A stretch of DNA of 64,000 nucleotides, taken from assembly GCA_048634245.1 (NCBI GenBank), contig JAIWAR010000002.1, forward strand, positions 5,418 through 69,417, written 5' to 3'. A program made the translations under genes and the position numbers. The DNA is from Methanosarcinales archaeon. GTDB taxonomy: Bacteria > Omnitrophota > Gorgyraeia > Duberdicusellales > 4484-171. Shown piece after piece: positions 26,891 through 36,030 of this stretch (its first letter is position 1; each line of letters starts with the position of its first letter). The notes beneath the pieces are model-generated. The model was not told the DNA's origin and did no database searches. It worked only from the letters and a program-made list of their open reading frames with translations.

Positions 26891-28369
26891 CTACAAGGGC
26901 TCCTTCCAATACTTATCTAATAAAACATTCTTTGCCAAATCCAGTTCAATAAGCTTTACCCGGTAAGTATAAAAATTAGATGCTAAATTCAACCTTGCCT
27001 TCAGAAGATCCTCTTCGTACTGAATAAGAGTATCGGCATTTGACCGGCCGTAACCTATGCGTTTTATCTGGCTATCAAGCTTTTTCTGATGCAGCTTGAT
27101 TATAGACTCATATAACCTAACCTGATTATCAGCTGTATTAACCTGGTTTACCTTATCATTGATCTCCTGCAGAATAAGGCGCTCAACCCGCTTTAAGCGA
27201 AGCAAGAACTGCCTTTTTTCCAAATTTACTTTCTCTAATTCAGCCTTTGCCTTACGGTTCTCTAAGGATACTTTAAAAATTAGTTTAAAAGATACTTCAT
27301 CATTGCTATTATCTGCAATACCTTCCCAAGCCTTACTTCTTTGCGAATTAATATTGTTGCGGCTAAGAGTAGCTTCCAAATCTATTTCCGGCCAGAGCGC
27401 ATTTTTCTTAATCACAATATCAATTTTATTTTTCTTAAGCTCATTTCTTAAACGTTTATAGTCACGCCGCCAAAAAGTAGACTCTTTAAGGGCCTCATAT
27501 AAATTGACTACGGCAGTACTACAAACTAAATCATCTTTAGGCCTAACTTTTTCTTCAAAATCTCCTCTATTTATTAAGAAGAGTAGTTCATTCTTTGCTG
27601 TTTTCTGCGCTAGATAAGCTACTGCGAGATCGCTTTCTCTAGTGCGAACAAGAGCCTCTAAACTTAAAAGTTCACTCTCTTCAACTAAACCTAAAGAATG
27701 TTTATCATGATAAATCCTATAAAGCCTTTCTGCGCTCTTAAACATATCCTCGCTTATCAAGCGCTCCTCATTCTTCAAAACAAGATTCCAGTAAGACTTC
27801 TGGGCTTTATATATCGTCTCCTCAATATCATCTAAAGAGGTAAATTCTGAATTTTCAATATCAATTTTGGTAATTTTAATCTCGGAGCGATCGGCCAAAC
27901 CGAAGAAGTTCTTGCCTAACTCCTGGGTTAAAGAAAGTCCGACCAAAGCCTCATTGTAAGGATTTAAGACGCTGGCGGTGCCATCAGTTCGCTTCTTGCT
28001 TGCCGCAGTATCTAAAGATAGAGTTGTCCCTGTGGGAAACTTTTTCTCTAGCCCTAAAGAAAAAACATATTCTGTAGCCTCTGAACCGGCAGAAATGCTA
28101 TTTTGAGCTTTTTTATTCCGGTTATAGCCGGCCTCGGCACTAAAAATAGCGTCAAATATTGACTGAGCATCACCCAGAGAAGTCCGGCTTATATAAGCGT
28201 CGTATTGGGCAATCTGAATATCTAAAGAGTTCGCCAGAGCCAGCTCAGTTACATCTTCTAAGGATAACTCGATTACTTCCGAGGATGTCTCCTGAGAGTA
28301 TACCTTAGCGGTTAAACCCAATACCAGAAAAAAGAATATTATATACTTATTTCTTCTTATCCTTTCCAT
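26891..28369 (-). CDS. TolC-family outer-membrane efflux protein
   Basis: Signal peptide, 'LSLEDVTELALANS', duplicated helical OEP repeats. Confidence 0.85.
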   Translation of the reverse strand: MERIRRNKYIIFFFLVLGLTAKVYSQETSSEVIELSLEDVTELALANSLDIQIAQYDAYISRTSLGDAQSIFDAIFSAEAGYNRNKKAQNSISAGSEATEYVFSLGLEKKFPTGTTLSLDTAASKKRTDGTASVLNPYNEALVGLSLTQELGKNFFGLADRSEIKITKIDIENSEFTSLDDIEETIYKAQKSYWNLVLKNEERLISEDMFKSAERLYRIYHDKHSLGLVEESELLSLEALVRTRESDLAVAYLAQKTAKNELLFLINRGDFEEKVRPKDDLVCSTAVVNLYEALKESTFWRRDYKRLRNELKKNKIDIVIKKNALWPEIDLEATLSRNNINSQRSKAWEGIADNSNDEVSFKLIFKVSLENRKAKAELEKVNLEKRQFLLRLKRVERLILQEINDKVNQVNTADNQVRLYESIIKLHQKKLDSQIKRIGYGRSNADTLIQYEEDLLKARLNLASNFYTYRVKLIELDLAKNVLLDKYWKEPL

Positions 28370-28814
28370 AAAAAGCCCTTTTTATTTTGTGTAGAATCGC
28401 TAAATAAGCCTGACGTTCTTTTTCGGTAAGAACACCGAAAATTTCAGCGATAATTTTCTTGCGGGCTACCCTTGTCTTCTCGGTAATTTTCTTACCTTCT
28501 TCAGTCAAGGTAATAAATATAACTCTCCTGTCTTCTTCATCATATACACGCTTTGCCAGCTTCATTGACACCAGCCGATTAATTAAACCAGTGGCAGCCG
28601 GAAGGCTTATCCGCAAAGCCTTAGCAATGCTCTTCATCTTCAAAGACTCATCCGTATGAAGCACCTCTAATGCAATGTATTGAGGGAAAGTAATTTTACC
28701 CCGGATTAAAGCATCAGCCCGGTTCTTCAGCATAGAACTCGCTAAACGCTGTATATAGGTTAGGGTTTGAGCAAAGTCTCCGGAAAATTCTAAAAGTTGT
28801 GTTTTTTTAGACAT
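28347..28814 (-). CDS. MarR-family regulator
   Basis: 'ITFPQY', 'ATGLINRL', 'DRRVIFITLTEEG'. Confidence 0.92.
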   Translation of the reverse strand: MSKKTQLLEFSGDFAQTLTYIQRLASSMLKNRADALIRGKITFPQYIALEVLHTDESLKMKSIAKALRISLPAATGLINRLVSMKLAKRVYDEEDRRVIFITLTEEGKKITEKTRVARKKIIAEIFGVLTEKERQAYLAILHKIKRAFYGKDKKK

Positions 28815-28829
28815 ATTTAGCCTCCTTAA

Positions 28830-28889
28830 TGATTAACTAAGTTAACTATTAATCAACTAAAGTATATAGCATATTTCCTCTTTTGTCAA
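28830..28889 (-). promoter_or_regulatory. marR-tolC-RND promoter and palindromic operator
   Basis: Minus-strand TTGACA (28884-28889)-17-TATACT (28861-28866); TGATTAA...TTAATCA palindrome at 28830-28855. Confidence 0.75.
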
Positions 28890-28904
28890 GGCTAATCAAA
28901 GCTC

Positions 28905-28932
28905 TTGATAATTACTCCTTTACAGATAGAAT
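28905..28932 (+). promoter_or_regulatory. amrS promoter (probably leaderless)
   Basis: TTGATA-16-TAGAAT, 6 nt to ATG 28939, no SD. Confidence 0.55.
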
Positions 28933-28938
28933 ATAAAG

Positions 28939-30021
28939 ATGAGAAGATATCTTAAATTCTTAGTCATAGCCAGCTTGCTTCTGGGCTTCCGGGCCGAAGC
29001 CGATCCCTTACCCCTAAAAGAAGCTCTATACTGGACGGATTTAGGTGAAAACAAAGTCCAATGCCAACTTTGTCCATGGAGATGCATTTTATCCCCCAAT
29101 CAAAAAGGATTCTGCCGGGGAAGAAAAAACATCAAAGGGAAACTCTATACCCTGAATTATGCTCAACCAATAGCTATCCATGTTGACCCTATCGAGAAAA
29201 AACCTTTAAACCATGTATACCCGGGCACAAAATCTTTTTCTATAGCTACTGCCGGCTGTAATTTGCGCTGTAAATTCTGCCAGAATTGGGAAATCGCTCA
29301 ACTGGACCCTGAGAGTGTAAGCATTGCGCCGGTATCTGCGCAAGAAATAGTCGCGCAAGCTAAAAAAACAAACTCTAAAACCATTGCTTTTACTTACACT
29401 GAACCGATGATATTCTACGAATATATGTTAGATATTGCAAAAATAGCTAAACAGGAAGGCATCAAGTGTGTAATGCATTCGGCCGGCTACGTCAATGAAA
29501 AGCCCTTAAGGGAAATAGCTAAATATCTCACAGCGGCTAATATTGACTTAAAAGGTTTTAGTGATAAATTCTACGCTTCATTTTGCGAAGGAAGCCTTGA
29601 TCCTGTGCTCAACACCTTAAAAATATTAAAAGAAGAAGGCGTTTGGTTAGAAGTAACAAATCTGCTCATCCCCGGTGCAAATGACAGTGATGAAGACATT
29701 ACCCAGCTTTGCAAATGGATTAAAGAAAATTTAGGCCCGGAAACCCCCGTTCACTTCTCAAGATTCTTTCCTCTTTATAAACTCACCAACCTCTCCCCTA
29801 CCCCTTTAAAAACCTTGCTCCGGGCTCAGAAGATTGCTGAAGGAGAAGGAATAAAATTTATCTATATCGGTAATGTCCCCCAGCAGGTAGGTGAAGATAC
29901 TGTTTGTCCCAAATGCGGTAAAATACTTATTAAACGTATTGGCTATAACGTTCTTGAAAATCTGCTAAAAGCCGGCAAATGTCCCTTCTGCGGATATAAA
30001 ATCCCCGGGGTCTGGGACTAA
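28939..30021 (+). CDS. amrS: AmmeMemoRadiSam system radical SAM enzyme
   Basis: 'CQLCPWRC', 'DPIEKKPL', CNLRCKFCQNW radical SAM motif, 'YTEP', 'HFSRF'. Confidence 0.9.
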   Translation: MRRYLKFLVIASLLLGFRAEADPLPLKEALYWTDLGENKVQCQLCPWRCILSPNQKGFCRGRKNIKGKLYTLNYAQPIAIHVDPIEKKPLNHVYPGTKSFSIATAGCNLRCKFCQNWEIAQLDPESVSIAPVSAQEIVAQAKKTNSKTIAFTYTEPMIFYEYMLDIAKIAKQEGIKCVMHSAGYVNEKPLREIAKYLTAANIDLKGFSDKFYASFCEGSLDPVLNTLKILKEEGVWLEVTNLLIPGANDSDEDITQLCKWIKENLGPETPVHFSRFFPLYKLTNLSPTPLKTLLRAQKIAEGEGIKFIYIGNVPQQVGEDTVCPKCGKILIKRIGYNVLENLLKAGKCPFCGYKIPGVWD

Positions 30022-30036
30022 CCCTGAGCGTCAATT

Positions 30037-30065
30037 AATATCCAATGTCGAAGGCTGACCCCGTT
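30037..30065 (+). repeat. Second end-motif family, copy 2
   Basis: AATATCCAATGTCGAAGGCTGACCCCGTT; same layout as 10030-10057. Confidence 0.55.
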
Positions 30066-30101
30066 GTTTGACAATTCCTCATCCAGCCCCAAGAGTGTTT
30101 C

Positions 30102-30971
30102 CTATCTATTTTTTGCTAATGGAAAGGCTTTAATTTGCTTGTATATTTTCTCCTTACGCATTTCTGATAATTTTTTGTCTAACTCAAGAAAGAATACATA
30201 CTTTTCTCCTTTAGCAAAAAAGTGCTTGTCAGAAAAGCTTGTCTTATCCGGAATTCTTACAAACATACGGAAACCGCTTCCTTCGTTTCTTAGGCCTTTA
30301 AGGATACGCTTCCATGGCCAAACCTCAATAACAGGCCAATTTCTAGGATTCATCAATGAGTCTACATTACCGACTCTTGCAAAGACTACAAGAGGAGCAT
30401 GTGTTAATGCTTCTTTTAATTCATTTCTTGTAGCGATATCACCCTTGGCAACTTTAACCTCTTTTAGAATCTTATCGAATACTTCGTCAAATTGAAAATT
30501 AGAACCATATGTAACAAAATCATTAAGTTCTTTTCCAATAATATTTAGAATACTTCGTTCTCTCAAAAGAAAAAATGGTAAATCAAATCTGGAAGGAAGG
30601 CCTTTGTAATCTACAGTCATTTTAGCTTGCTTCTCATTCAGTTTCTTGATAACGAAAATGTTCTCTTCACCACCTATCTGATAAAACCATGCTTTAAACT
30701 TTAATTCTCTTTCAGGAATATACAATTCTGTTTCAATAGCATAAATGGTAGATTCATCAAGAAAATTCGGGCCCCAGACTCCTGGATGGTATTCTGCTTC
30801 ACCTCCACAGGCCGTAACATCAAGGGTAAATTTCGTTGAGAGATAATTAACGATATCTGAAAAAGAATGTTCGTATATTCGAGATTGTGATTTCCATATC
30901 ACGCCAGTAACAAAAATTATTGCAATAACAACAATAAATAAAAACTTTCGCTTATATTTGGCTAGATTCAT
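30102..30971 (-). CDS. Hypothetical membrane-anchored protein
   Basis: 289 aa, N-terminal TM helix, strong SD GGAGG; no family recognised. Confidence 0.7.
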   Translation of the reverse strand: MNLAKYKRKFLFIVVIAIIFVTGVIWKSQSRIYEHSFSDIVNYLSTKFTLDVTACGGEAEYHPGVWGPNFLDESTIYAIETELYIPERELKFKAWFYQIGGEENIFVIKKLNEKQAKMTVDYKGLPSRFDLPFFLLRERSILNIIGKELNDFVTYGSNFQFDEVFDKILKEVKVAKGDIATRNELKEALTHAPLVVFARVGNVDSLMNPRNWPVIEVWPWKRILKGLRNEGSGFRMFVRIPDKTSFSDKHFFAKGEKYVFFLELDKKLSEMRKEKIYKQIKAFPLAKNR

Positions 30972-31190
30972 GTTCCTCTACCTCCTTCCCTCCCAATTAT
31001 ATCACCGCAATCTTAAGATTGTAAACAAGTTAGCGACTGGATTTATATGTATAGACAAGGGAAATTATCGGTCTTTTTATATTCTGCAGCTAATTTTCCT
31101 ATTTCGCAAGGATTATTTTGTTTTATGTTATTTAAGAATTAAAAGTGGGCTCCTTAAAATGGTATATTTTAAGAAAAAGGAGGTTCCAAG

Positions 31191-31367
31191 ATGGCTCAAA
31201 TCCACAAAAATTTCACTGATTCTCAGATCAAAGATCTTTTTAACCGCTATATCCGCAAGGAAATACCTAGAAAATATATTCTTGAGGTTCTTGGTATAAA
31301 GAAGAGCCGTTTGGCTGTTCTTCTTAAGCAATATAAAAAGAATCCTCAAGAATTCTCTATCCGTTAA
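31191..31367 (+). pseudogene. Truncated transposase N-terminus (58 aa; not in the ORF track)
   Basis: SD AAGGAGG; MAQIHKNFTDSQIKDLFNRYIRKEIPRKYILEVLGIKKSRLAVLLKQYKKNPQEFSIR*; resembles the HTH start of an IS481/ISNCY-like transposase family from recall. Confidence 0.55.
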
Positions 31368-31374
31368 ATTGATT

Positions 31375-31410
31375 AAAGCCAGGCTTTAATCCGTAAAAAA
31401 GCCTGGCTTT
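31375..31410. repeat. 13-bp inverted repeat AAAGCCAGGCTTT/AAAGCCTGGCTTT
   Basis: Perfect inverted repeat with a 10-nt spacer; each arm is itself nearly palindromic; may act as a bidirectional terminator. Confidence 0.7.
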
Positions 31411-31502
31411 GGTTAATACGATTCTCTAATATTCTATTCATAGCTTAAAAGAATATTTCAGACGTATTTCAAACCCTTTTATTAAATTCTCGGGGGGTGG
31501 GA

Positions 31503-33623
31503 TTAATTAAAACATTCTTTTAGGCCCCAGACGAAAATTAGGAAGATGATCATTAGTAGGCTGAGTTGTACTCCCAGGAAGGGGATGAAAAAAATGGAAA
31601 AGATAAAAGTGCCCAGAGCTGCTCCGGCTAAATCGGCAGTATAGATAGATGCTGCTAAATTTTTGGGATTGGCTTGATTAGCTAACATAAGTTTACTGAG
31701 GATAGGGTATAGGGAGCCGGTAAGTACGCCTGAAATAAACGAATAACCATAGAAGATAAATTCAGCATAAGGGTGTTGCCCCAAAAACCTTATTCCGGCC
31801 ACAAAGAAAATCAGGAATAAAAACCAGAGAAAATAAAAAACCGGCAGCGGCCGCTTGATTTTAAATATCTTCTCAAGGTTTAAATTTATTAAAAATGCGC
31901 CCACACTTAAGCCGGCCATAAATATCCCGGTTAAAATACCCAACTTCCAGAAAAGAGCACCGGAATAAAGCTGAAACAGCACAAAAATTACTGCGCTCAA
32001 ACCGATAGATGAAAAGCCTACTATTGAAGCATTAGGCAGGAGCAAAACTTTTTTGCTTGATGCGCCGAAGCCACTAATAAAAAGAGCCAAAATTACAAAA
32101 ATAATCGCTATAAGATTTCTTACTTTAGGAATATTTATTAAAAGGCGCGGGTAAAATTTTGCCTGCTCGATTAAAGAATAATAGAGAAATCCTTGAGGAT
32201 TAAAATCGCTGTTTATATCAACTCCCTTCTCCAGCTTACTTTTAAGATAATTCATGCGCTCCTCATCAAGAGAATATTTAAGATGATGGATAGTAAAATA
32301 ATCCGTAAGGATATTGTGAGCTTGGAAATTTTTTATTAAATCACCGGGGCTGATATTCTTATTTAAACTAGCAATAATAATCATTGAATCTGAGGGAATA
32401 AGCAGCCAATTACCAAAGGCGAGATCTAACGTATTTATAATACAAGAGTTAAACTGGGCAATTCGCGGACTCAAAATATCAGCCCTGGAAGGTATCCTGA
32501 AGGAAAAAATGCCACGGCCGGTTAAATGCTCTCCAATAAGCTTAAAAAACTCCAAAGAAAAGTAGCGGTTAAGGGCTATGTTTGAGGGGGCGGGCATATT
32601 CATAATTATACAATCATACTTCTTTTCAGTTTCACTAAGGTAAAGACGAGGGTCATCAACAATAAAGTTAACTTTCTCTTTTTCTTTAAGTTTAACTCTA
32701 CCCCTGCTTAAAGCGGAAAGAACAGGATTTATATCTAAACAATCCAGAGTGTTTATCTTATATTTTAATATCTCTTGAACCTGGCCGGAAAAATAAGAAC
32801 CGATAAAAAGAACATCTTTGATTCCGGAGCGGGCAGAAAAAACACTATGAATAAACTCTTCATCCCCTGCTTTATCCTCACTGGTTGCAACCTGCGAACC
32901 ATTAACATATAAAGATTCTACGCCGAACTTTTTTGCTAAAATAACCGGGCCGTAATTCGAGCCTTTAGAGATAAGAATATCAGCTCCTTTAAGTTCCGCT
33001 TTTAGAATCGGATTAAAACTAAGTGAAAAAACAATACTTAAAAAAATTATTATTAGCGAAGAGATTAACTTTATTTTAGGCTTGATATCCGGAATCAACA
33101 GGAACACAAAACTTAAAAAACTAAAAATAAAGGGGTTGGAATAAGAAGAAAGAAAAAAGGTAAAAATAAGCCCGCCGATAAAAAACCCCAAGGCTTCATA
33201 GGCAAAGAATTTCCCAAAAGTCTTCTCCCCAAAGGCTTGCTTATTTAAATAATGACGGCTGAAAATACAGAATGAATAGCCAATTAAGAAACTAACCGGG
33301 CTAATAAGAAAAAAAGCGGCGATAAAAACAAAACCTAAACTTGCCGCCTCATAGTAGGCTAAGCCAACTAAAGTTTTAACCAGATGAATAGAGCCAATCA
33401 CCAGCGAGAAAACCAAGGCAAAAAGAGGCGCCAGGCTCACCAGAGACAAAGTCTTCTTATTCTTAGCTATTCGGCTTCCTAAGGAACAGAAAATAAGCCA
33501 TATCCCTACTCCCAGGATGAAGCTAAATTCATTCTTAGCTAAGGAATAAGTAAACTCCCTGAAAATTGTTAGCTGAAATATTGAGCTGACTATCCCTAAA
33601 AATACAAAAATTAACATGGACAA
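31503..33623 (-). CDS. Membrane protein with central spermidine-synthase-like SAM-binding domain
   Basis: TM blocks at both ends; 'VLFIG', 'LDINP', 'DDPRLYL', 'YDCII', 'YFSLEFF'. Confidence 0.75.
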   Translation of the reverse strand: MSMLIFVFLGIVSSIFQLTIFREFTYSLAKNEFSFILGVGIWLIFCSLGSRIAKNKKTLSLVSLAPLFALVFSLVIGSIHLVKTLVGLAYYEAASLGFVFIAAFFLISPVSFLIGYSFCIFSRHYLNKQAFGEKTFGKFFAYEALGFFIGGLIFTFFLSSYSNPFIFSFLSFVFLLIPDIKPKIKLISSLIIIFLSIVFSLSFNPILKAELKGADILISKGSNYGPVILAKKFGVESLYVNGSQVATSEDKAGDEEFIHSVFSARSGIKDVLFIGSYFSGQVQEILKYKINTLDCLDINPVLSALSRGRVKLKEKEKVNFIVDDPRLYLSETEKKYDCIIMNMPAPSNIALNRYFSLEFFKLIGEHLTGRGIFSFRIPSRADILSPRIAQFNSCIINTLDLAFGNWLLIPSDSMIIIASLNKNISPGDLIKNFQAHNILTDYFTIHHLKYSLDEERMNYLKSKLEKGVDINSDFNPQGFLYYSLIEQAKFYPRLLINIPKVRNLIAIIFVILALFISGFGASSKKVLLLPNASIVGFSSIGLSAVIFVLFQLYSGALFWKLGILTGIFMAGLSVGAFLINLNLEKIFKIKRPLPVFYFLWFLFLIFFVAGIRFLGQHPYAEFIFYGYSFISGVLTGSLYPILSKLMLANQANPKNLAASIYTADLAGAALGTFIFSIFFIPFLGVQLSLLMIIFLIFVWGLKECFN

Positions 33624-33660
33624 CTCCCCCCTTAACTCTTATATTAAGAGTATAACAGAG

Positions 33661-34308
33661 ATGAAAGAAAATCTATATTATTTATTTCTTAGTGGATTAA
33701 TTTTAGGCTCAGGGCCCTGTTTGGCCTTCTGCGCACCGATATTAGTCAGCTACACAGCTATCCATAAAAAAACCTTTAAAGATTCATTTTTTTCCTATCT
33801 GGTATTTTCCTTATGCAAACTCCTAAGTTACGCCGTCTTAGGACTCCTCTGTGCTCTGGGGGTCAAAATAATAAACACCCCCTTAGGAGCAAAATATTTA
33901 GATTCTATTTACTTAGGTTTAGGGTATTTTATTGTTCTAATCGGGGTAGCGACTATCTTTCACAAAGGGAAAAAGCTTACTTCAATCTGCAGCTGGTTAA
34001 ATAAAGGGAATATTAAAAATGTAGGCATCCTGGGACTATTAATCGGATTTACGCCCTGTCTTCCCCTTTTGGGAATATTAAACTATATTATAATCATCTC
34101 CAAAAATATTCCCCAATCAATCATCTTTTCGCTAGTATTTGGCCTGGGAACGGTTATTTCTCCTCTATTCATTTTAGTTCTAATTTCGGGTAAATTAGTT
34201 GATCAATTCTCGAAAAATAATATATTTAAAGCGGTTATTAGAATTGTCTGCGGGCTGATTCTCTTACTCTTGGGAGGAAGAATTATTCTTCAAATACTTC
34301 TGCGCTAA
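33661..34308 (+). CDS. DsbD_2/TauE-like transmembrane protein
   Basis: 'GPCLAFCAP', 'GFTPCLP', 'FGLGT'; ATG 33661 avoids overlap with the divergent gene. Confidence 0.75.
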   Translation: MKENLYYLFLSGLILGSGPCLAFCAPILVSYTAIHKKTFKDSFFSYLVFSLCKLLSYAVLGLLCALGVKIINTPLGAKYLDSIYLGLGYFIVLIGVATIFHKGKKLTSICSWLNKGNIKNVGILGLLIGFTPCLPLLGILNYIIIISKNIPQSIIFSLVFGLGTVISPLFILVLISGKLVDQFSKNNIFKAVIRIVCGLILLLLGGRIILQILLR

Positions 34309-35743
34309 ATATATAGATATCGCACTCACCTTTTTTCCAGGCATCCGGCGCCATTTGAGCCTTATGTCCGCAGAGGCTATTCATAAACTCTTCTTTATTC
34401 CAGCCGGTCTCAGTTGCTACTTGAGGCAGGTATACTCCACTGCGAAAGTTATCTCTTACCAGAACTCCATGTTTACCCAAAATTATTTCCTCTGGGCCGG
34501 TAATTTTTTTTAAAGGAGAAAGAACCGATATCTCGATATGAATATCCTTTAACTCTTCTTTAGTTACGGGCGGAAACCGGGAATCCCGGGTTGATGCGGC
34601 AATAGCCATATCCCTTGCCCCCAGATAAAGAGGCTCAGTACCGACAATATTTCCAATACAGCCCCGAAGCTGATGGTTACGGCGTAAAGTAACGAAAATA
34701 CCCATTACCGTTTTAAAAACTTCATCCTCAGGCTCCCTTTCCAATATCTTTCCCTCATTTAAATAAAGAGTAATGGTATCACGGACTAATTTAAGTAATT
34801 CTTCTTTTTGCCGTTTATTTAAAAGTTCTGCCATCTCTTCACTCTCCTTTATTCTATCAGGCTCTTTTCTTATCATTATTGCCGATAGATAGCCTACCAC
34901 TCTTTCTTTGTCCTGACCGGCTTTAGACGAATTTGACCTTTTTAATACTTTTAACTTATTTGCGCCTAATTTTTTTGCGGCAATCATTACTGAGACAACC
35001 GGCCCTAAACCACACATACGGTTTTGTCCGTAGGCTGCGAAAAATAAAGCTTTGGGGTCCATTTCGCTTATTAAGCCTATAGTTTCAATGTCGGTTTTTT
35101 CAGCTTGAGGAAGAGAAAGATAATGACTCATATCGGTGCTGGCGATAATTAAAAAATTATCCCTTCCCGCTAAAAGCTCTCCCAGGGCATCCCCTAATAT
35201 CCTGCAATTTTCCCAACTCTGGCGGCCGAGAGCTAAAAGCAAAACTTTCGGTTCATTAAAAGCTGTTTGGATAAATGGCAGAATAAGTTCTATTGAATTC
35301 TCATCTTTAAATGCTTTGGGATAGGTAAAAAATTTCTCATGAGCTAAAGATATCTTTTCTGTCAGTTCCGTATCAGCGGTTAGAATTCCCAGCGGCGTTT
35401 TAAACCCTTCATCAGAAAAAACCGCTATACCGTCAAAATCAATCCTATGACTAAAGCCTACCAAAATTACAGTATCGACTTTTTTATTCTTTAATGCCTT
35501 AAACCCATAGGCAGCCGCGTCTCCGGAATAAATCAACCCGGCATGGGGGCAGATTAAAGCAATATTCTTATCTTCCGAAGGTTCAACTTTAGCATTTTTC
35601 AAATAATTATTTATATCTTTTTTAAGTATCTGAGGATCGTCAGGATACCAGGAACCGGCAAGATCAGCCTCTTTGATACTTTGGGCAAAAACACCGCTAA
35701 AAATAATAAGAAAACATAAACTTAAAAAGATAAACTTAGCCAT
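34283..35743 (-). CDS. amrB: AmmeMemoRadiSam protein B (MEMO1) fused to protein A (AMMECR1)
   Basis: 'AGSWYP', 'PHAGLIYSG', 'STDMSHY', 'MCG'; C-terminal 'FVTL...LRGCIG', 'DSRF', 'EISVLS', 'LPQV'. Confidence 0.9.
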   Translation of the reverse strand: MAKFIFLSLCFLIIFSGVFAQSIKEADLAGSWYPDDPQILKKDINNYLKNAKVEPSEDKNIALICPHAGLIYSGDAAAYGFKALKNKKVDTVILVGFSHRIDFDGIAVFSDEGFKTPLGILTADTELTEKISLAHEKFFTYPKAFKDENSIELILPFIQTAFNEPKVLLLALGRQSWENCRILGDALGELLAGRDNFLIIASTDMSHYLSLPQAEKTDIETIGLISEMDPKALFFAAYGQNRMCGLGPVVSVMIAAKKLGANKLKVLKRSNSSKAGQDKERVVGYLSAIMIRKEPDRIKESEEMAELLNKRQKEELLKLVRDTITLYLNEGKILEREPEDEVFKTVMGIFVTLRRNHQLRGCIGNIVGTEPLYLGARDMAIAASTRDSRFPPVTKEELKDIHIEISVLSPLKKITGPEEIILGKHGVLVRDNFRSGVYLPQVATETGWNKEEFMNSLCGHKAQMAPDAWKKGECDIYIFSAEVFEE

Positions 35744-35768
35744 TTAATAACCTCCGGCAATAAATGAA

Positions 35769-36023
35769 TTAGAAATAAAGAGTATCTTTACTTCTTAAAT
35801 CAGACCGGTTAAGATGCTTAACTGAAAGATTGACCTTTTCTTTTTCTTTAGCCCGGGGAATCTGATAGCCGTCTTTTTCAATTTTTACTACTGTAAACTT
35901 TTTACCCATAGAAGTCACGCCAATAGAGCCCTCAACAACCTCACCGGACTCTACGGACCCGGTAATAATACAGCTTATACCGCTTATGCTATGGTAATCC
36001 TTTACGGAAAATTCTGCCCCCAT
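35769..36023 (-). CDS. Small protein resembling a stand-alone EF-Tu domain II beta-barrel
   Basis: 'FSVKDYHSISGISCIITGSVESGEVVEG' parallels EF-Tu D2 '[21 protein letters not shown]'. Confidence 0.55.
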   Translation of the reverse strand: MGAEFSVKDYHSISGISCIITGSVESGEVVEGSIGVTSMGKKFTVVKIEKDGYQIPRAKEKEKVNLSVKHLNRSDLRSKDTLYF

Positions 36024-36030
36024 ACCCCTC

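Noticed and set aside
31106-31133. dif-like site (TTATGTTA), also near 2840
   Set aside because: Only a partial XerD arm; no XerC arm at the correct spacing.
30958-31349. ORFs 30958-31299(+) and 31128-31349(-)
   Set aside because: No SD or motifs; the 31191-31367 frame has a strong SD and a recognisable sequence.
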